DNA of 64,000 bases from Candidatus Algichlamydia australiensis. GTDB lineage: Bacteria; Chlamydiota; Chlamydiia; Chlamydiales; JAJFMI01. Both the position numbers and the translations under genes were made by a program. Of this stretch, positions 29,412 through 40,700 are shown piece by piece. Numbering within the stretch: position 1 is the stretch's first letter; each line of letters begins with the position of its first letter. The stretch spans positions 32,001 through 96,000 of the forward strand of contig JAXCHI010000004.1 of the NCBI GenBank assembly GCA_033977065.1, given 5' to 3'. Below the pieces are notes generated by a model. The model searched no databases. It was not told the origin of the DNA and saw only the letters and a list, made by a program, of their open reading frames with translations.

Positions 29412-32387
29412 TTACTCTTGAATTTTGCGGAAGTCAAGCAGTTCTTCAAAGCGGGCAAATACTCTTTGCAAGAGCGCCAGGCGATTTTCTTGTGTCTTGG
29501 GATCATCTGCTAAAATTTTCACATTATCAAAGAGGTCAGCAAGAGGGGTTTTGAGTGTTGCAAGGAGTGAAAAGGCACCAGCGTAGTCGCGCTCTTTGGG
29601 CCAATTGTTTGCAATTTGGGAGAGCTGTTTGGCGAGCTCTTTTTCTTGCGGTTTTTCAAAAAGAGATTCGTTAAGTGTGTACTGAGGCTTATTTTCTAGC
29701 TGACCTTTGGCGCGCTTGAAGACTTCAAAGAGTTTGCCAAAGTCTTCACCGGAGCGAAACTCGTGCAGCGCTTTGATTTTACAAAATTGATCGTAGGGGT
29801 CGGTCAGTTTGCCTTGCAGTGCGGCTTCAATTTCATCTCCCTTGTAACCCAGCTCTTCGTAGACCGATTTGGCACGGGGGAGCATGAAGGAGAGAATTTG
29901 ATCGATCAGCTCTTTTTGATTGTGCGGATGGCCTTTGAGTTGCGGGAAGGCGTTTGAGGCATCAAGAAGAAGGTCAGGCAAGTTGCAGGAAATTTTATGG
30001 GTAATAAGAATTTTTAGGATACCGATCGCTTGGCGCCGCATGGCGTAAGGATCGGAGGAGGAGGTCGGTTTAAGACCGACAGAAAAGTAGCCGAGCAGGT
30101 TGTCCATTTTGTCAGCGAGACTAAGGGCGGTGCCGGTGGGAGATTGGGGTAGCGTGCCATTTTCGGTTTTAGGGAGGTAGTGCTCTTCGATTGCTTGGGC
30201 GACTTCAGCATCTACGCCCTGTTTTTCAGCATAGTGGCGGCCGATCACACCTTGGAGTTCAGGGAACTCCCCAACAAGTTCAGAGACAAGGTCGTTTTTG
30301 CAAAGAGTTGCGGCCTGAACGGTTTTTTCTTTTTCTCCCATAGGAAGTTTTTCTACGATCTGACGCAAGCGCTTGACTTTGTCATGCAGTGAACCCAATT
30401 TTTCTTGGAAAGTGACATTTTTGAGACGTTCGCTCCACTCCTTTTCTGCAGTTTGCAGGTCGGTCTCATAGAGAAAGAGGCCGTCGGAGAGACGCGCAGA
30501 GAGGACTGCCTGATTATTTTTAATGATCTGGTCGTTCACTTTGTTGTCAGCGACAATCACAAAGCGATTTTGCAGGTTGCCCTTTTCATTTGCGATTGGA
30601 AAGTAGCGCTGATGGTTGACCATTTCGCAAATCTGTACGCTATCGGGTGCGCGTAAGAAACTCTCATCATAGGTCGCTTCTGCAATTTGCGGAAATTCGG
30701 AGAGGTGGAGTACTTCGCGCATCACGCGATCTTTTGCTACAATACTACCAGAAATTTGAGAGAGCTGCTCTTCAATCGATTTTTCCCGCTCGTTCACATC
30801 GGCGAGTACTTTTTGTCTACGCAATTTCGAGAGGTACTCGTCAGGGGACTTGATCACGATCTCTTTGGGCGCGAGTTGGCGGTGGCCATAAGTTTTTTGT
30901 CCTGCGATCAGATGGGCGAGAGTAAAAGGAACTGTTTCTGTTCCAAAGAGGGCGATCAGCCAATGGATTGGGCGAGCAAAGGCCAAGTCAGAAGAGCCCC
31001 AGCGCATTTTTTTAGGAAATTGCATGCTGCTAATCGCTTTGGGCAGCTTTTCAAACAAAATTTCTGATGTGGCGCGGCCAGGCTCAGAGAGAGTGGCGAT
31101 GAGGTAGCCGTCCTTTTCAGTTAGATTTTCTTGGGCAAGAGCTTCAGATTTTTTGCATCCTTCAAGGCCAATCGATTTTAAAAATCCTGCGCCCTGTTTT
31201 GTCGGCGCGCCTGCCTCATCAAAAGCGGTGTTTACAGAGGGGCCACGTCGCTCCTTGCTGGTCGCGCTTTTTCCTTCTTGCAGCTCGTGCACAATTACGC
31301 TTAAGCGGCGAGGGGTACCAAACACTTTGATCTCTCCATAAGAGAGCTTTTCCTCTTTCAAAAGAGTGGTGATAACGCGCTTGATTTCGCGCATCCCAAT
31401 GGGCACAAAAGTAGCTGGTAGCTCTTCAGAGCCAATTTCGATAAGAAAATCGCGTTTGCCTTCGGGATTGTACTTGCCAGGAGTAAATTGGGAGGGAGCA
31501 AATTTTTCTTTATGCATCTCTGTGGCAAGAGGAAAGTGCATCGCTTCGCGCTTTTCTAAATAACATTTTGCTGCAGCAAAAGAGAGATCGCGTACGCGAT
31601 GAATATAGCCGGTACGCTCGGTGACAGAAATAACGCCGCGCGCTTCTAACATGTTGAAGGCGTGTGAGGCTTTCATTACGAAATCGTAGGCGGGGATGGG
31701 CAGTTTTTTTTGGGTAAGGTTGTGCGCCTCTTTTTCAAAGTCGTTAAAATGGCTCTTCCACATCTGGGGGTTCGATTGCGTAAAGTTGTACTGGCTCCAT
31801 TCGACTTCATTTTCATGGTAGACATCGCCATAGGTCAGCTCCTTGCTGTAGCGCATATCAAAGAAATTATCTACGCCTTGTGCTAACATGCAGATGCGCT
31901 CGAGGCCATAAGTAATTTCTACAGGGATTGGGTCCATGGAAAAACCGGCGACCTGCTGAAAATAGGTAAATTGTGTGACCTCCATGCCATCGATCCAGAC
32001 CTCCCAGCCAAGACCCCAAGCGCCAATCGTTGGCGACTCCCAGTCATCATGCACAAAGCGCACGTCAATCCGCGAGCGATCAAAGCCAATGACTTCGAGC
32101 GATTGCAAATAAAGTTCTTGAATGTTGGCCGGGGAGGGTTTCAGTACGACCTGCATTTGATGAAAGAGTTGTGTGCGGTTGGGATTCTCCCCGTAGCGTC
32201 CATCTTGCGGGCGGCGAGACGGTTCTACATAGACGGTGTTGTAGGGCTCAGGTCCCAGTGCACGCAAAAAAGTTGCTGGATTAAAGGTCCCTGCGCCAGC
32301 CTCCACATCGTGGCCTTGGCCGAGAGCGCAGCCCTTTTCTACCCAAAAATTTTGCAGACGCAGGATCATCTCTTGAAAAGTCAACAT
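29412..32387 (-). CDS. glyQS: Glycine-tRNA ligase, fused alpha/beta subunits
   Basis: [42 protein letters not shown] in one 991-aa ORF. Confidence 0.97.
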   Translation of the reverse strand: MLTFQEMILRLQNFWVEKGCALGQGHDVEAGAGTFNPATFLRALGPEPYNTVYVEPSRRPQDGRYGENPNRTQLFHQMQVVLKPSPANIQELYLQSLEVIGFDRSRIDVRFVHDDWESPTIGAWGLGWEVWIDGMEVTQFTYFQQVAGFSMDPIPVEITYGLERICMLAQGVDNFFDMRYSKELTYGDVYHENEVEWSQYNFTQSNPQMWKSHFNDFEKEAHNLTQKKLPIPAYDFVMKASHAFNMLEARGVISVTERTGYIHRVRDLSFAAAKCYLEKREAMHFPLATEMHKEKFAPSQFTPGKYNPEGKRDFLIEIGSEELPATFVPIGMREIKRVITTLLKEEKLSYGEIKVFGTPRRLSVIVHELQEGKSATSKERRGPSVNTAFDEAGAPTKQGAGFLKSIGLEGCKKSEALAQENLTEKDGYLIATLSEPGRATSEILFEKLPKAISSMQFPKKMRWGSSDLAFARPIHWLIALFGTETVPFTLAHLIAGQKTYGHRQLAPKEIVIKSPDEYLSKLRRQKVLADVNEREKSIEEQLSQISGSIVAKDRVMREVLHLSEFPQIAEATYDESFLRAPDSVQICEMVNHQRYFPIANEKGNLQNRFVIVADNKVNDQIIKNNQAVLSARLSDGLFLYETDLQTAEKEWSERLKNVTFQEKLGSLHDKVKRLRQIVEKLPMGEKEKTVQAATLCKNDLVSELVGEFPELQGVIGRHYAEKQGVDAEVAQAIEEHYLPKTENGTLPQSPTGTALSLADKMDNLLGYFSVGLKPTSSSDPYAMRRQAIGILKILITHKISCNLPDLLLDASNAFPQLKGHPHNQKELIDQILSFMLPRAKSVYEELGYKGDEIEAALQGKLTDPYDQFCKIKALHEFRSGEDFGKLFEVFKRAKGQLENKPQYTLNESLFEKPQEKELAKQLSQIANNWPKERDYAGAFSLLATLKTPLADLFDNVKILADDPKTQENRLALLQRVFARFEELLDFRKIQE

Positions 32388-32433
32388 GGGTTTTATTGTA
32401 GAATATTCTAACTAAATCTGCTAGATAGAAAGT

Positions 32434-33216
32434 GTGAGTAAAGAAAAGATTGTTCCCTCATTTAGCATTGTGATTTTAGCCAATGCGAGCGATTCCCATC
32501 TTCTTAAAAGAACCCTTGATAGCGTGCTCTCGCAAAAAGGCCAACAATTCGAAATTTTACTTATAGATTCTCTTGTCGATCCCGTTGGTAAAGAACTCTC
32601 CCACTACTTTCCAAGCATTGACTGCCACTACACAACCGTGAGCAATAATATTTTTCTTCGCATGAACAAAGGAATTACTCTTGCAAAGGGGGAGTATATC
32701 CACTTTCTTCTGCCCGGGGAGTTTTATAACTCAGAGCTTGTTTTTGAGACTCTTAAGGGCGAAATTACAGAGCAAAGCTCTCCTGATTGCATTGTTTCAG
32801 GGCTTCTAATGCGTGAATTTGGTAAGAAGGTTCCACACATTCACTTTCCGCAAATTAGCAGTATGGAGGAGGCGCAGCGTCACGAGAGCCTTCTTCCTTT
32901 CTTTTTCAAAAAAGAACTTTTTGCCAAGATTGGTAAACTCTCACCACACTATCTCTATCAAGGAAATTTCGATTTTCTCTGCCGGCTTGCTGAGAAAAAA
33001 GACCTTACGATTACGCAGTTTCATCGCATTGTGACAGACTATGAGTTGCGCAAATTTTCGCCCAAGGCGGCGATTCAGGAGGCGATGGAGCGTCTTCAAG
33101 TTATTTACAAACATTTTGGTTTTGGCAGAGCTATGATTTGGTGGGTGGCACAGAATCACATACAATTTTTCAAATGGTGGTGGCGCAGTGTCAAGGAGGC
33201 TTTAGGCAAGAGTTGA
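32434..33216 (+). CDS. Glycosyltransferase family 2-like protein
   Basis: FSIVI..TLDSVLSQ..FEILLID..MNKGITLAKGEYIHFL; the DXD motif appears degenerate. Confidence 0.8.
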   Translation: MSKEKIVPSFSIVILANASDSHLLKRTLDSVLSQKGQQFEILLIDSLVDPVGKELSHYFPSIDCHYTTVSNNIFLRMNKGITLAKGEYIHFLLPGEFYNSELVFETLKGEITEQSSPDCIVSGLLMREFGKKVPHIHFPQISSMEEAQRHESLLPFFFKKELFAKIGKLSPHYLYQGNFDFLCRLAEKKDLTITQFHRIVTDYELRKFSPKAAIQEAMERLQVIYKHFGFGRAMIWWVAQNHIQFFKWWWRSVKEALGKS

Positions 33217-33361
33217 GTTAGATGTTCGGCTCCTTCTCGCTACGCCAAATCAAAAAACAGCCGCCACGCCGTATTAATCTATACTACCGTGACGGCTGTT
33301 TTTCGATTTTGCTTTGCGATAAGAACCCGTTATGCCGCTTCGCGCATAATTAGTCTCAACT
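33211..33361. repeat. Palindromic element family E (~150 bp)
   Basis: AGTTGAG...CTCAACT ends; arms AAATCAAAAAACAGCCGCCACG / CGTGACGGCTGTTTTTCGATTT. Confidence 0.7.
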
Positions 33362-33393
33362 GGTCCCGCTGGGGCGCTTCGCGCGTTAACTAG

Positions 33394-33795
33394 TACTCTG
33401 TAACAGAAAATCTTAGTGTTTAATTTAAAAAAAACAGCCAATAGAGACAGTCGGGCAAATCCCCGCTGCCCTTTGAGCTTCACCTTGGCATGCCAAATTG
33501 CGTTTCGTCGGAAAACCGTGCAAAGCACTACTTCTTCCTCCTGCACCGCAATTTTTCAAAGCCAATCTGAAGCCATCGAGCGCATCGCGCGTTCATTCCC
33601 CACCCTCCACTTTGTTTCGGGAGGGGCCCCTTTCACGTCGCTTGCGCGGCTGTTTTTTTTGTTTTGCAGAAAACTTTGCAAGGTCTAGACAGCTTTTTCA
33701 ATCACATACAATCGCTTTACTTTTCACGTTTGGGATCCATTTTTATGCGAAGGCTTTGACGTAAAAAAAATGCTAAAAATTTCTGTTACAGAGTA
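33394..33795. mobile_element. MITE family D (402 bp) with CTAG target duplication
   Basis: Perfect inverted ends TACTCTGTAACAGAAA / TTTCTGTTACAGAGTA, each flanked by CTAG; no transposase ORF. Confidence 0.85.
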
Positions 33796-33847
33796 CTAGT
33801 TGTCATTATTATAAACCTTTTGTTAAGATCAAAATGTAATTTTCAAT

Positions 33848-35224
33848 ATGGGGATTTTTATGGCATGCACTTCGGAATCCTTAAGTGGGTTTAGGGAAAA
33901 AAGAGTTGGTGAAAAGGCTTCTGTGGCATTACCGCCAGCTGAGATGTTTTCTTCTCGTCTTGATGAAAACATCCCTATTTCAAAAGAAAAATGGGCTGTT
34001 ACTTTGATTGTTGATGCGAACAGTCATCATGCTCGGCTGATTTTCGAAGGTTTGGACAAAGTCAATCAATTGTGGACAATCTTTGTTCATCTTACTGGGA
34101 ATAGTTCTGGTGTTAGACGTCTGTTTCAGGGCTGTTCGGGAGCAGTAGAGATGAAAGATATTACAGGAAAACCCATAAAGTTTGGAGAGCGTAGTAATAC
34201 TTGGGAAATCTCTGCCAGTTCAGGAAAAAGAGCTGTAGAGTACATTCAGTCTTATTGCAGTAAGTATTTTAATCCGGAGGACTCCCCTTCTGAAAGAGCC
34301 GTAATGAAAAAAAATGAAGCTCCCAAAAGTATTCCCTTTTTTATTACAGGGAATCAATCACTAATTACTAAATTTATCAATGATTTTACAAAAAAAGAAT
34401 TTCATAGCTGCATTACGTTTTCATTACACGTGCTTAGAAAAACAGGCATTACTTTCGAAAATCCCGGCGGTGTACTATTTACAGATACCTTAGACTTCGT
34501 AAGAAAAACTCAGGCAAAATTTAAAAAAACAGATCTAAAATTGGAAGATTTGTGCTGGTTTATCGCCGATGATGATATCGAAAGTATTCGAGAGCACTTT
34601 CCTCCAGAGCATACAAATGTAAATCAAATTATCGCCTTTCACCCAGAATCTCAAAAAATACTAGAGAACCTATCCCCTCTTATGGCGTCAATTTTATATG
34701 GAAGGGAAGACATCTTCAGAATGTTAGTTGAAGAGTATGGAGCCGATGTAAAATTTGCTAGCGAAATTGGTCTTACGCCTCTTTTTATTGCTCTTGTAGC
34801 TGCAAAATTTCCATTTGATCACCCCATCACAACGTATTTGATAAGTAATGGCTCTAAAAACCTTCTAGCCAACGAGGGGGATAAATTGGAGCCATCATTA
34901 TTTTTTTATGAGGGCATTGGGTCTCATACTATAGAACCCATCTTATTTAAAGTGCGTGATGATTTAAAAGCATTCGAAACCAATTTGATTGTTCTGGGGA
35001 TGAGGGAGTTAGATTTTTGTTTTCAAGATAGAACTGTTGTTTTTACTAAGATAAAAACTATAGAAGAAACCACTGGTAGGAAAAATTTAGTCTCGCGTTA
35101 TAAATTCCTCGATCGATTATATTCTCAACTAGAAAAGTTGTGCGATGCGCTTAATGTACCTTCTCCTCCATCATGCTCTCCTACTATCGAAATAAGTACA
35201 CCAGATGGAGACTTTAGTATTTAG
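33848..35224 (+). CDS. Hypothetical protein with central ankyrin repeats (candidate effector)
   Basis: LSPLMASILYGREDIFRMLVEEYGADV, GLTPLFIA. Confidence 0.75.
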   Translation: MGIFMACTSESLSGFREKRVGEKASVALPPAEMFSSRLDENIPISKEKWAVTLIVDANSHHARLIFEGLDKVNQLWTIFVHLTGNSSGVRRLFQGCSGAVEMKDITGKPIKFGERSNTWEISASSGKRAVEYIQSYCSKYFNPEDSPSERAVMKKNEAPKSIPFFITGNQSLITKFINDFTKKEFHSCITFSLHVLRKTGITFENPGGVLFTDTLDFVRKTQAKFKKTDLKLEDLCWFIADDDIESIREHFPPEHTNVNQIIAFHPESQKILENLSPLMASILYGREDIFRMLVEEYGADVKFASEIGLTPLFIALVAAKFPFDHPITTYLISNGSKNLLANEGDKLEPSLFFYEGIGSHTIEPILFKVRDDLKAFETNLIVLGMRELDFCFQDRTVVFTKIKTIEETTGRKNLVSRYKFLDRLYSQLEKLCDALNVPSPPSCSPTIEISTPDGDFSI

Positions 35225-35419
35225 GTTTTTTAAAATAGACAGCTTTGTTTTAGATACAGGGAGTTTTTCAGCCCACTTGGTGAAGGCCTGATTTTTCTAA
35301 GGAGATTGTATTTTCCCTACAAGAATGACTGCATTTTTTTCTGTTTAGAAAGATTTACTCCGTCACGGGTTTCATGAGCTCCATAAGCAATCCCTTAGTT
35401 TTTCTCCTTTATGATGGCA

Positions 35420-35732
35420 TAGAAAAACTAAGTACGAATAACGTCTCAGAGAGACTGAACAAAGAAATGCGAAGAAGAGCAAGAGTATTAGGAGTATTCC
35501 CGAATACCAGTCACTGCTGAAGCTGACAACAGCAGTGGTAGTAGAAATCCACGAAGGATGGATAAGCGGGAGGAAGTACCTAACCTGAAATCAGCCCCAA
35601 ACAAAGACAGCTGCCTGAGAGAAGCCGCCAGATAGCTGGAAGCAGGCAGGTGGCTGCGCGGGAAAATTAGGATATAAAAAATAGCTTAAGAGAAAAAGAT
35701 TTCAAATTTTACAGACAAAGTGTTGCTTTATC
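35420..35732 (+). mobile_element. IS256-family remnant (frameshifted transposase C-terminus plus right end)
   Basis: KLSTNNVSERLNKEMRRRARVLGVFPN / SLLKLTTAVVVEIHEGW; end TTTTACAGACAAAGTGTTGCTTTATC. Confidence 0.85.
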
Positions 35733-35739
35733 ATAAGAG

Positions 35740-35797
35740 TACTCCGTAACAGAAAAAATTAGTGTTTAATTAAAAAAAGCTGTGCTAAATTTTTCTT
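35740..35797. mobile_element. Internally deleted remnant of MITE family D
   Basis: TACTCCGTAACAGAAAAAATTAGTGTTTAATTAAAAAAA matches the left end at 33394. Confidence 0.7.
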
Positions 35798-35859
35798 TGA
35801 ATGCTCTTCTACTTGAGAAATTTCTTCTCCTTTTGTACTCTGGGTTAAGGATCTTTGTC

Positions 35860-36453
35860 ATGCAAATAGCTCTTGTTTTAACTCTTAGCCGAATTGTTCT
35901 CAGCCCGATTTTCATTTTGCTCTATCTCTACTACGAGTCGTGGGGAATTAGTTTACAGGTTTTGCCCTTTCTGCTCCTTGCGATTTTGGGTCTGTCGGAG
36001 TTAACAGATTTGCTTGATGGCTATTTTGCTAGGAAACTCAATCAGGTCACGGATCTTGGAAAAGTGTTGGATCCGATGGCGGATAGCATCACGCGCTTAT
36101 CGATCTTGTTTGCTTTCACAAGTGGCATTGTCAACTTGCCAATTTTGCTTGTGCTTGTTTTCTTTTATAGAGATAGTTTTATTAGCACGCTGCGGACGCT
36201 GTGCGCCCTAAGAGGTGTAGCCCTGAGCGCAAGAATTTCTGGAAAAATTAAAGCAGTCATTCAGGGATTAACGGTTTTAGTGGTTTTAGTGGCAATGGCT
36301 TGCTTTGCTTTCGGTGCGATTACATTAAAAGAGTTTCAATTGCTCAGCTTTTATGTGGTGCTCGTTGCAGCTCTTTACACTTTGCTCTCGGGCGTTGAGT
36401 ATCTTTGGGCCCACCGGGCTGCAATCAAACAAGCTTGGACTGGTAAACTTTAA
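35860..36453 (+). CDS. pgsA: CDP-diacylglycerol--glycerol-3-phosphate 3-phosphatidyltransferase
   Basis: TDLLDGYFARKLNQVTDLGKVLDPMAD motif; start set at ATG 35860. Confidence 0.92.
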   Translation: MQIALVLTLSRIVLSPIFILLYLYYESWGISLQVLPFLLLAILGLSELTDLLDGYFARKLNQVTDLGKVLDPMADSITRLSILFAFTSGIVNLPILLVLVFFYRDSFISTLRTLCALRGVALSARISGKIKAVIQGLTVLVVLVAMACFAFGAITLKEFQLLSFYVVLVAALYTLLSGVEYLWAHRAAIKQAWTGKL

Positions 36454-37717
36454 TATATTCTTGAGCGGAGGCGGTCCAAGAATAATCTTGGTTTAAAACA
36501 TTTTTCACAAGTCCATCCCAATTTTCATAGGTAAAGGCGCGGTCGAGCGCACGAGTGAGCTCTTGAGCTTCTGGTTTTTCAAAGACGAATCCTGTTTTTC
36601 CCTCAGTAACGGTGTCAGCAAGGCCGCCCGTTTTGCGCACGATGGGAATGGCGCCGTAGCGCATAGCAAGCATCTGTGTGAGTCCGCACGGCTCAAAGAT
36701 CGAAGGAATGAGGATTAGATCTGCTGCTGCGTAGAGCTGATGGCCGAGCTCGTGATCAAATTTAAAATGAAAATGGACATTGGGGTTGTCTTTGTACTCT
36801 TCCTGCAGGGTTTCAAACTGTTTTTGCATGGCGGGTGTTGAAGGGGTGCCAAGCAGGATAAACTGGTTCCCCGTTTTGAGAGTATGGTGGAGGCCAGCGC
36901 GGATAAGATCGGGTCCTTTTTGTGGATCAAGTCGCGTGATGGCAGAGACAAGGCGGCCTTTAGGTGGGGCCATTTTGATTTTTTGTTGGAGTGTCTCACG
37001 ATTCTCTCTTTTGGCTTGGATCGTGTTGGGAGGGTAGTGAGTTGTGAGATTGGGATCGATGGAGGGATCCCACCACTCGGTATCGATGCCGTTCAGAATG
37101 CCGGTAATGCCTTTTTTCTTGAGGTAGGGTTGCAGGTTACAGCCTTTAGAGGTGGTAAGAATTTCTTTGGCGTAGGTAGGGGAGACGGTGGTTACAGCTG
37201 TTGCACTTTCAATGCCAGTGCGTAGAAGATTAGTTTGGTCGGGGTAGAGCGGATCGGGGAGGCCGATGCCAGCGGCGCAGAGGCCTTGGTGCTGCATATT
37301 GTGGATGGTCAGAACAGTTTTCTGTTTGGTGAGGGTGGTGATGTAGGAGGTGGGCCAGTCGTGAAGGTGGATCACATCGGCCTTTTCAATATAAGAGTTT
37401 GCAGCTTCGCAAAAGGCGAGAAAGCGAGCCGGGTCGTCGGGTTCGCCGTAGATGCGGGTGAGTGAAATTTTTTCTATTTCAAGGAGTGTGATCGGAATCG
37501 TCTCGACCATGCCTTTCCAAACTGTATAGGAGAGGTTCTTCTTTACTCTGTGAAGGTTTTTCACATGGCTTAAGAGAAGGCTATCGTATTTAGGTAGGAT
37601 TACTTCCACTTGGTGCCCCATACGAATCAACTCTTTAGAGAGTCCGTAGACCACGTCAGCTAACCCCCCAACTTTTGCGATGGGGTGCATTTCTGATGCG
37701 ACATGGATAATTTTCAT
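36425..37717 (-). CDS. glgA: Glycogen synthase
   Basis: KVGGLADV, IHLHDW, FEPCGLTQMLAMRYG, KTGGLADTV. Confidence 0.96.
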   Translation of the reverse strand: MKIIHVASEMHPIAKVGGLADVVYGLSKELIRMGHQVEVILPKYDSLLLSHVKNLHRVKKNLSYTVWKGMVETIPITLLEIEKISLTRIYGEPDDPARFLAFCEAANSYIEKADVIHLHDWPTSYITTLTKQKTVLTIHNMQHQGLCAAGIGLPDPLYPDQTNLLRTGIESATAVTTVSPTYAKEILTTSKGCNLQPYLKKKGITGILNGIDTEWWDPSIDPNLTTHYPPNTIQAKRENRETLQQKIKMAPPKGRLVSAITRLDPQKGPDLIRAGLHHTLKTGNQFILLGTPSTPAMQKQFETLQEEYKDNPNVHFHFKFDHELGHQLYAAADLILIPSIFEPCGLTQMLAMRYGAIPIVRKTGGLADTVTEGKTGFVFEKPEAQELTRALDRAFTYENWDGLVKNVLNQDYSWTASAQEYIKVYQSKLV

Positions 37718-40700
37718 TCTTGGTAGGGTTGTAGAGAAGAGGGACAGCTACATGAGGTGTCGCCTTCTTGTGCACACTCTACTTGGCAGTTTACATTTGG
37801 CCATGGGCTATCGGGTAGTTGCCCGAGGAGGAAGTAGCGATAGAATGGCTTCCAGAACATCTCATAGTTAGCAAAGAAGAATCGGGGATCTTCGTTGAGT
37901 ATGGTAATCAGATTGGGGAGTGTTGAGGAGGAACTCGGGCCATTTTTATAAAAAATCGTAAATGGGGTACCTCCAAGGCTGCTTGGGAAGTAGGTCTGCC
38001 AAATTTCTGTGGCAGAGTCGACAAAGAGCGTACCGGGAACAAATGTTGTTCCATTAATTAGAGCTAAGTCTGAAATAGAGTTTTGTGTGCGATCTGCAGT
38101 AAATATACGAAGAGTCGGTCCTCCAACACTTCCAACAGAGGAGTTTGCGTTCATGCTAAACTCACCGGGACCGACACTCGGCGATGAGGGAAAGCGATTG
38201 TCAACTACAATTGCTGTGTCACCTGTCCCTTCAGTTCGGATGCTCCCAAAGGGTTGCAGGGTAATGTCACGACCCGCTTTTACTGTTAGGTCGCCGCTCT
38301 GATTGTGAATCAATGCTTCTGAGAATGTCATGCCAAAATTTTGTCCAAATAGAAGGATATCTTGACTAGCTGTCACATTCAGTGTGCTCTCTGCGTTGAT
38401 TGTCGTATCCTCAGTTCCAGAGTATAAAGAGAGATTGCGCCCAACATTGATGGTTCCAGTATCGATTGCATTGACTAAGACACCTTCATCTTGTCCAAAG
38501 AGGAGAAAATCGCGCCCAATGTTTAATAGAAAGGTGCGTCCTGGTGTTGGTGTGTCTCCGTTTTGGACAATCGCAGCCTCTCCATTTCTTGACGTAACGT
38601 TAAAATCTCCACCGGTAGTAATGGTAAGCGAGCTGCGACTGGTTCCAGGAGAGGTGTTGGGATTTGCAATTGTATTGACTGTTTTTGCCCCAATAATAGC
38701 CAAATTCTCGTTAGCTGCAGAGAGTCCTCCAAGCAAGTTGAGGTTGGTTCCCGCTTGCACATCTATTTCGGAGATGTCAATTGCGCCAAAGCGCGCATTT
38801 GAAGTGGTGTTTACGTAGCCCCCAATGAAGGCAGCTCCTGAGGCGCCTCCAGCGTTCCCGGCTACAAGGTTGATCTCTCCTGTCGATTTGACCTTGACAG
38901 AGGCGTCTGAGATTGTGCAGGTGCGAGGAGATCCTCCACTAAACCGAGTGCGAAACCCGATCCCAGCAGCGGTGTCTTGATCAACCCCTCCATTAATTTC
39001 AAACTCATCCGCTTCAATAAGAATATTTCCCTCAAGAAAGAGGTTGCCTGTGACGTTTGAACCTCCATGTCCAATCAGTGCGTAAGCTTGCACCTCTACT
39101 CCACCTTGAAGAGTGACTTTTCCTGTAATGGGAACATAAGAGCCCGGTGTAGGCCCGCGAATATCTCCTCTTAATGTCACAACATCTGCGTCATCCACAT
39201 GAGTGTGACCGATTTGCGTAAAGCACTCAGTCTGCCCTGTTAAACCGCGAGCCGTTAAGGTAAGGTCGCGGCCAATGCTATTAATGATAATGTCACCCTC
39301 TTTTAATCCTGCAGTATTTCCTGCTGAACCTCCATGTCCAATAAGAGCAAAGCCATCATCTGCACCCGTATTCCCTGTTGCAGAAATGAGAGTAAGGTCC
39401 CTTCCCACAGTAAGGTAGATATCGCTATCAATTGAGGGGGCATTAAATCCAATTTGAGCAAAGGCGTCATCATTTGTGTCTCCCGCCTCAAGAATCAGAT
39501 CTCTTCCTGCAATAACGGTGACGTCTCCAAAGAGTGTTCCTATTCGCGAGCGAGACTGCCCATTTGTAGGTGTTGTGCTAGGCCCAATTTTGACATCGCG
39601 AGTTGCAGTTAAGGAGATATCTCCATTTATATTGTTCTCAATACGTCCTAAGATCGTCGCATCATTGCCCGCTGTGATGGTGATAGTTCCCGAGGTGCCT
39701 GTATTGATCTGCCCGGGCAAAGTTGTTGAGTTTCCAATGAAAAAATTATTTCCAGCATTAATATTGATTTGAACTGTGTTGTTGCAATCAAGGTTTGTTG
39801 CGGTGCTTACGTTAACATCCCCTGTGGTTGCTGTCATAGTAAAATTTTGCAAGTTTTCCACAAGCAAGTTATCTGAGATATTGATGTCTCTTGCCGCTGT
39901 AAAGGTCATGCTGTTGTTGTCGGTTAAGACAAAAGTAAAATCTGTGTCGGCGCTAACATTGATGTCTTGGTCGGCAATCAGCGTAAGTCCTCCTCCTCCC
40001 GCAGTTGCGTTGTAATCAAAAGCGGCAGTGAAGGAGATATCTCCAGAACCTGCAAAAGCTGAAGAGGTATTGATCGTCACATTTGAAGAGTTGAGCTCAG
40101 AGTAAAGGTCTGTATTGAGAATATTTGCTGAGCCAGCAGAAGGAACAAATACTCCTCCAACAAAAGCCCCTCCGCTTGTGGCAGCAGCAGAGATTGTAAT
40201 ATCTGTTGGATCGTAAAGAGTCATTCCGAGCTTGCCGGATGGCGCTCTTGTGCTTGTTTTTCCTCTTGGAATAAGATTTTCAACTCCTGAGACTTCAATA
40301 AGTCCCCCGTCGCCACAATTGGCGCCCGCTTCAGCGCTAAGCGACCCAAAAAAGCCTGTCACACCGTCAGACCATAGGACAATTGTTCCCCCATTGCCGC
40401 TCTCGTAACTATTTGCTGAAATCTTCGCATTCTCTCCCATGTAGGTGATTTTTGAATTGAGGAGTTGGGGCTCCTTTCCCTGAAATCCTCCCCCAATATA
40501 GACAGAGCCAGCGCCTTGATTTGAAGAGACATCGATTACAGATTCATCTTTCAAGTAGACTTCGTGACCGAGCAGCTGTACTTGTGAGCCTGGAGCAAGG
40601 ATTTTCCCCTTCTCTTCAACTAAAACTCGCGCTTTTTCTGCAATAAGAAAGACGCCGCTATCTGTTGAGTTTACCTCAGTAGCATCGATAATGCCTGTAT

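Noticed and set aside
33274..33764. Short ORFs within or overlapping MITE D
   Set aside because: No transposase motifs; they fall inside a non-coding repeat.
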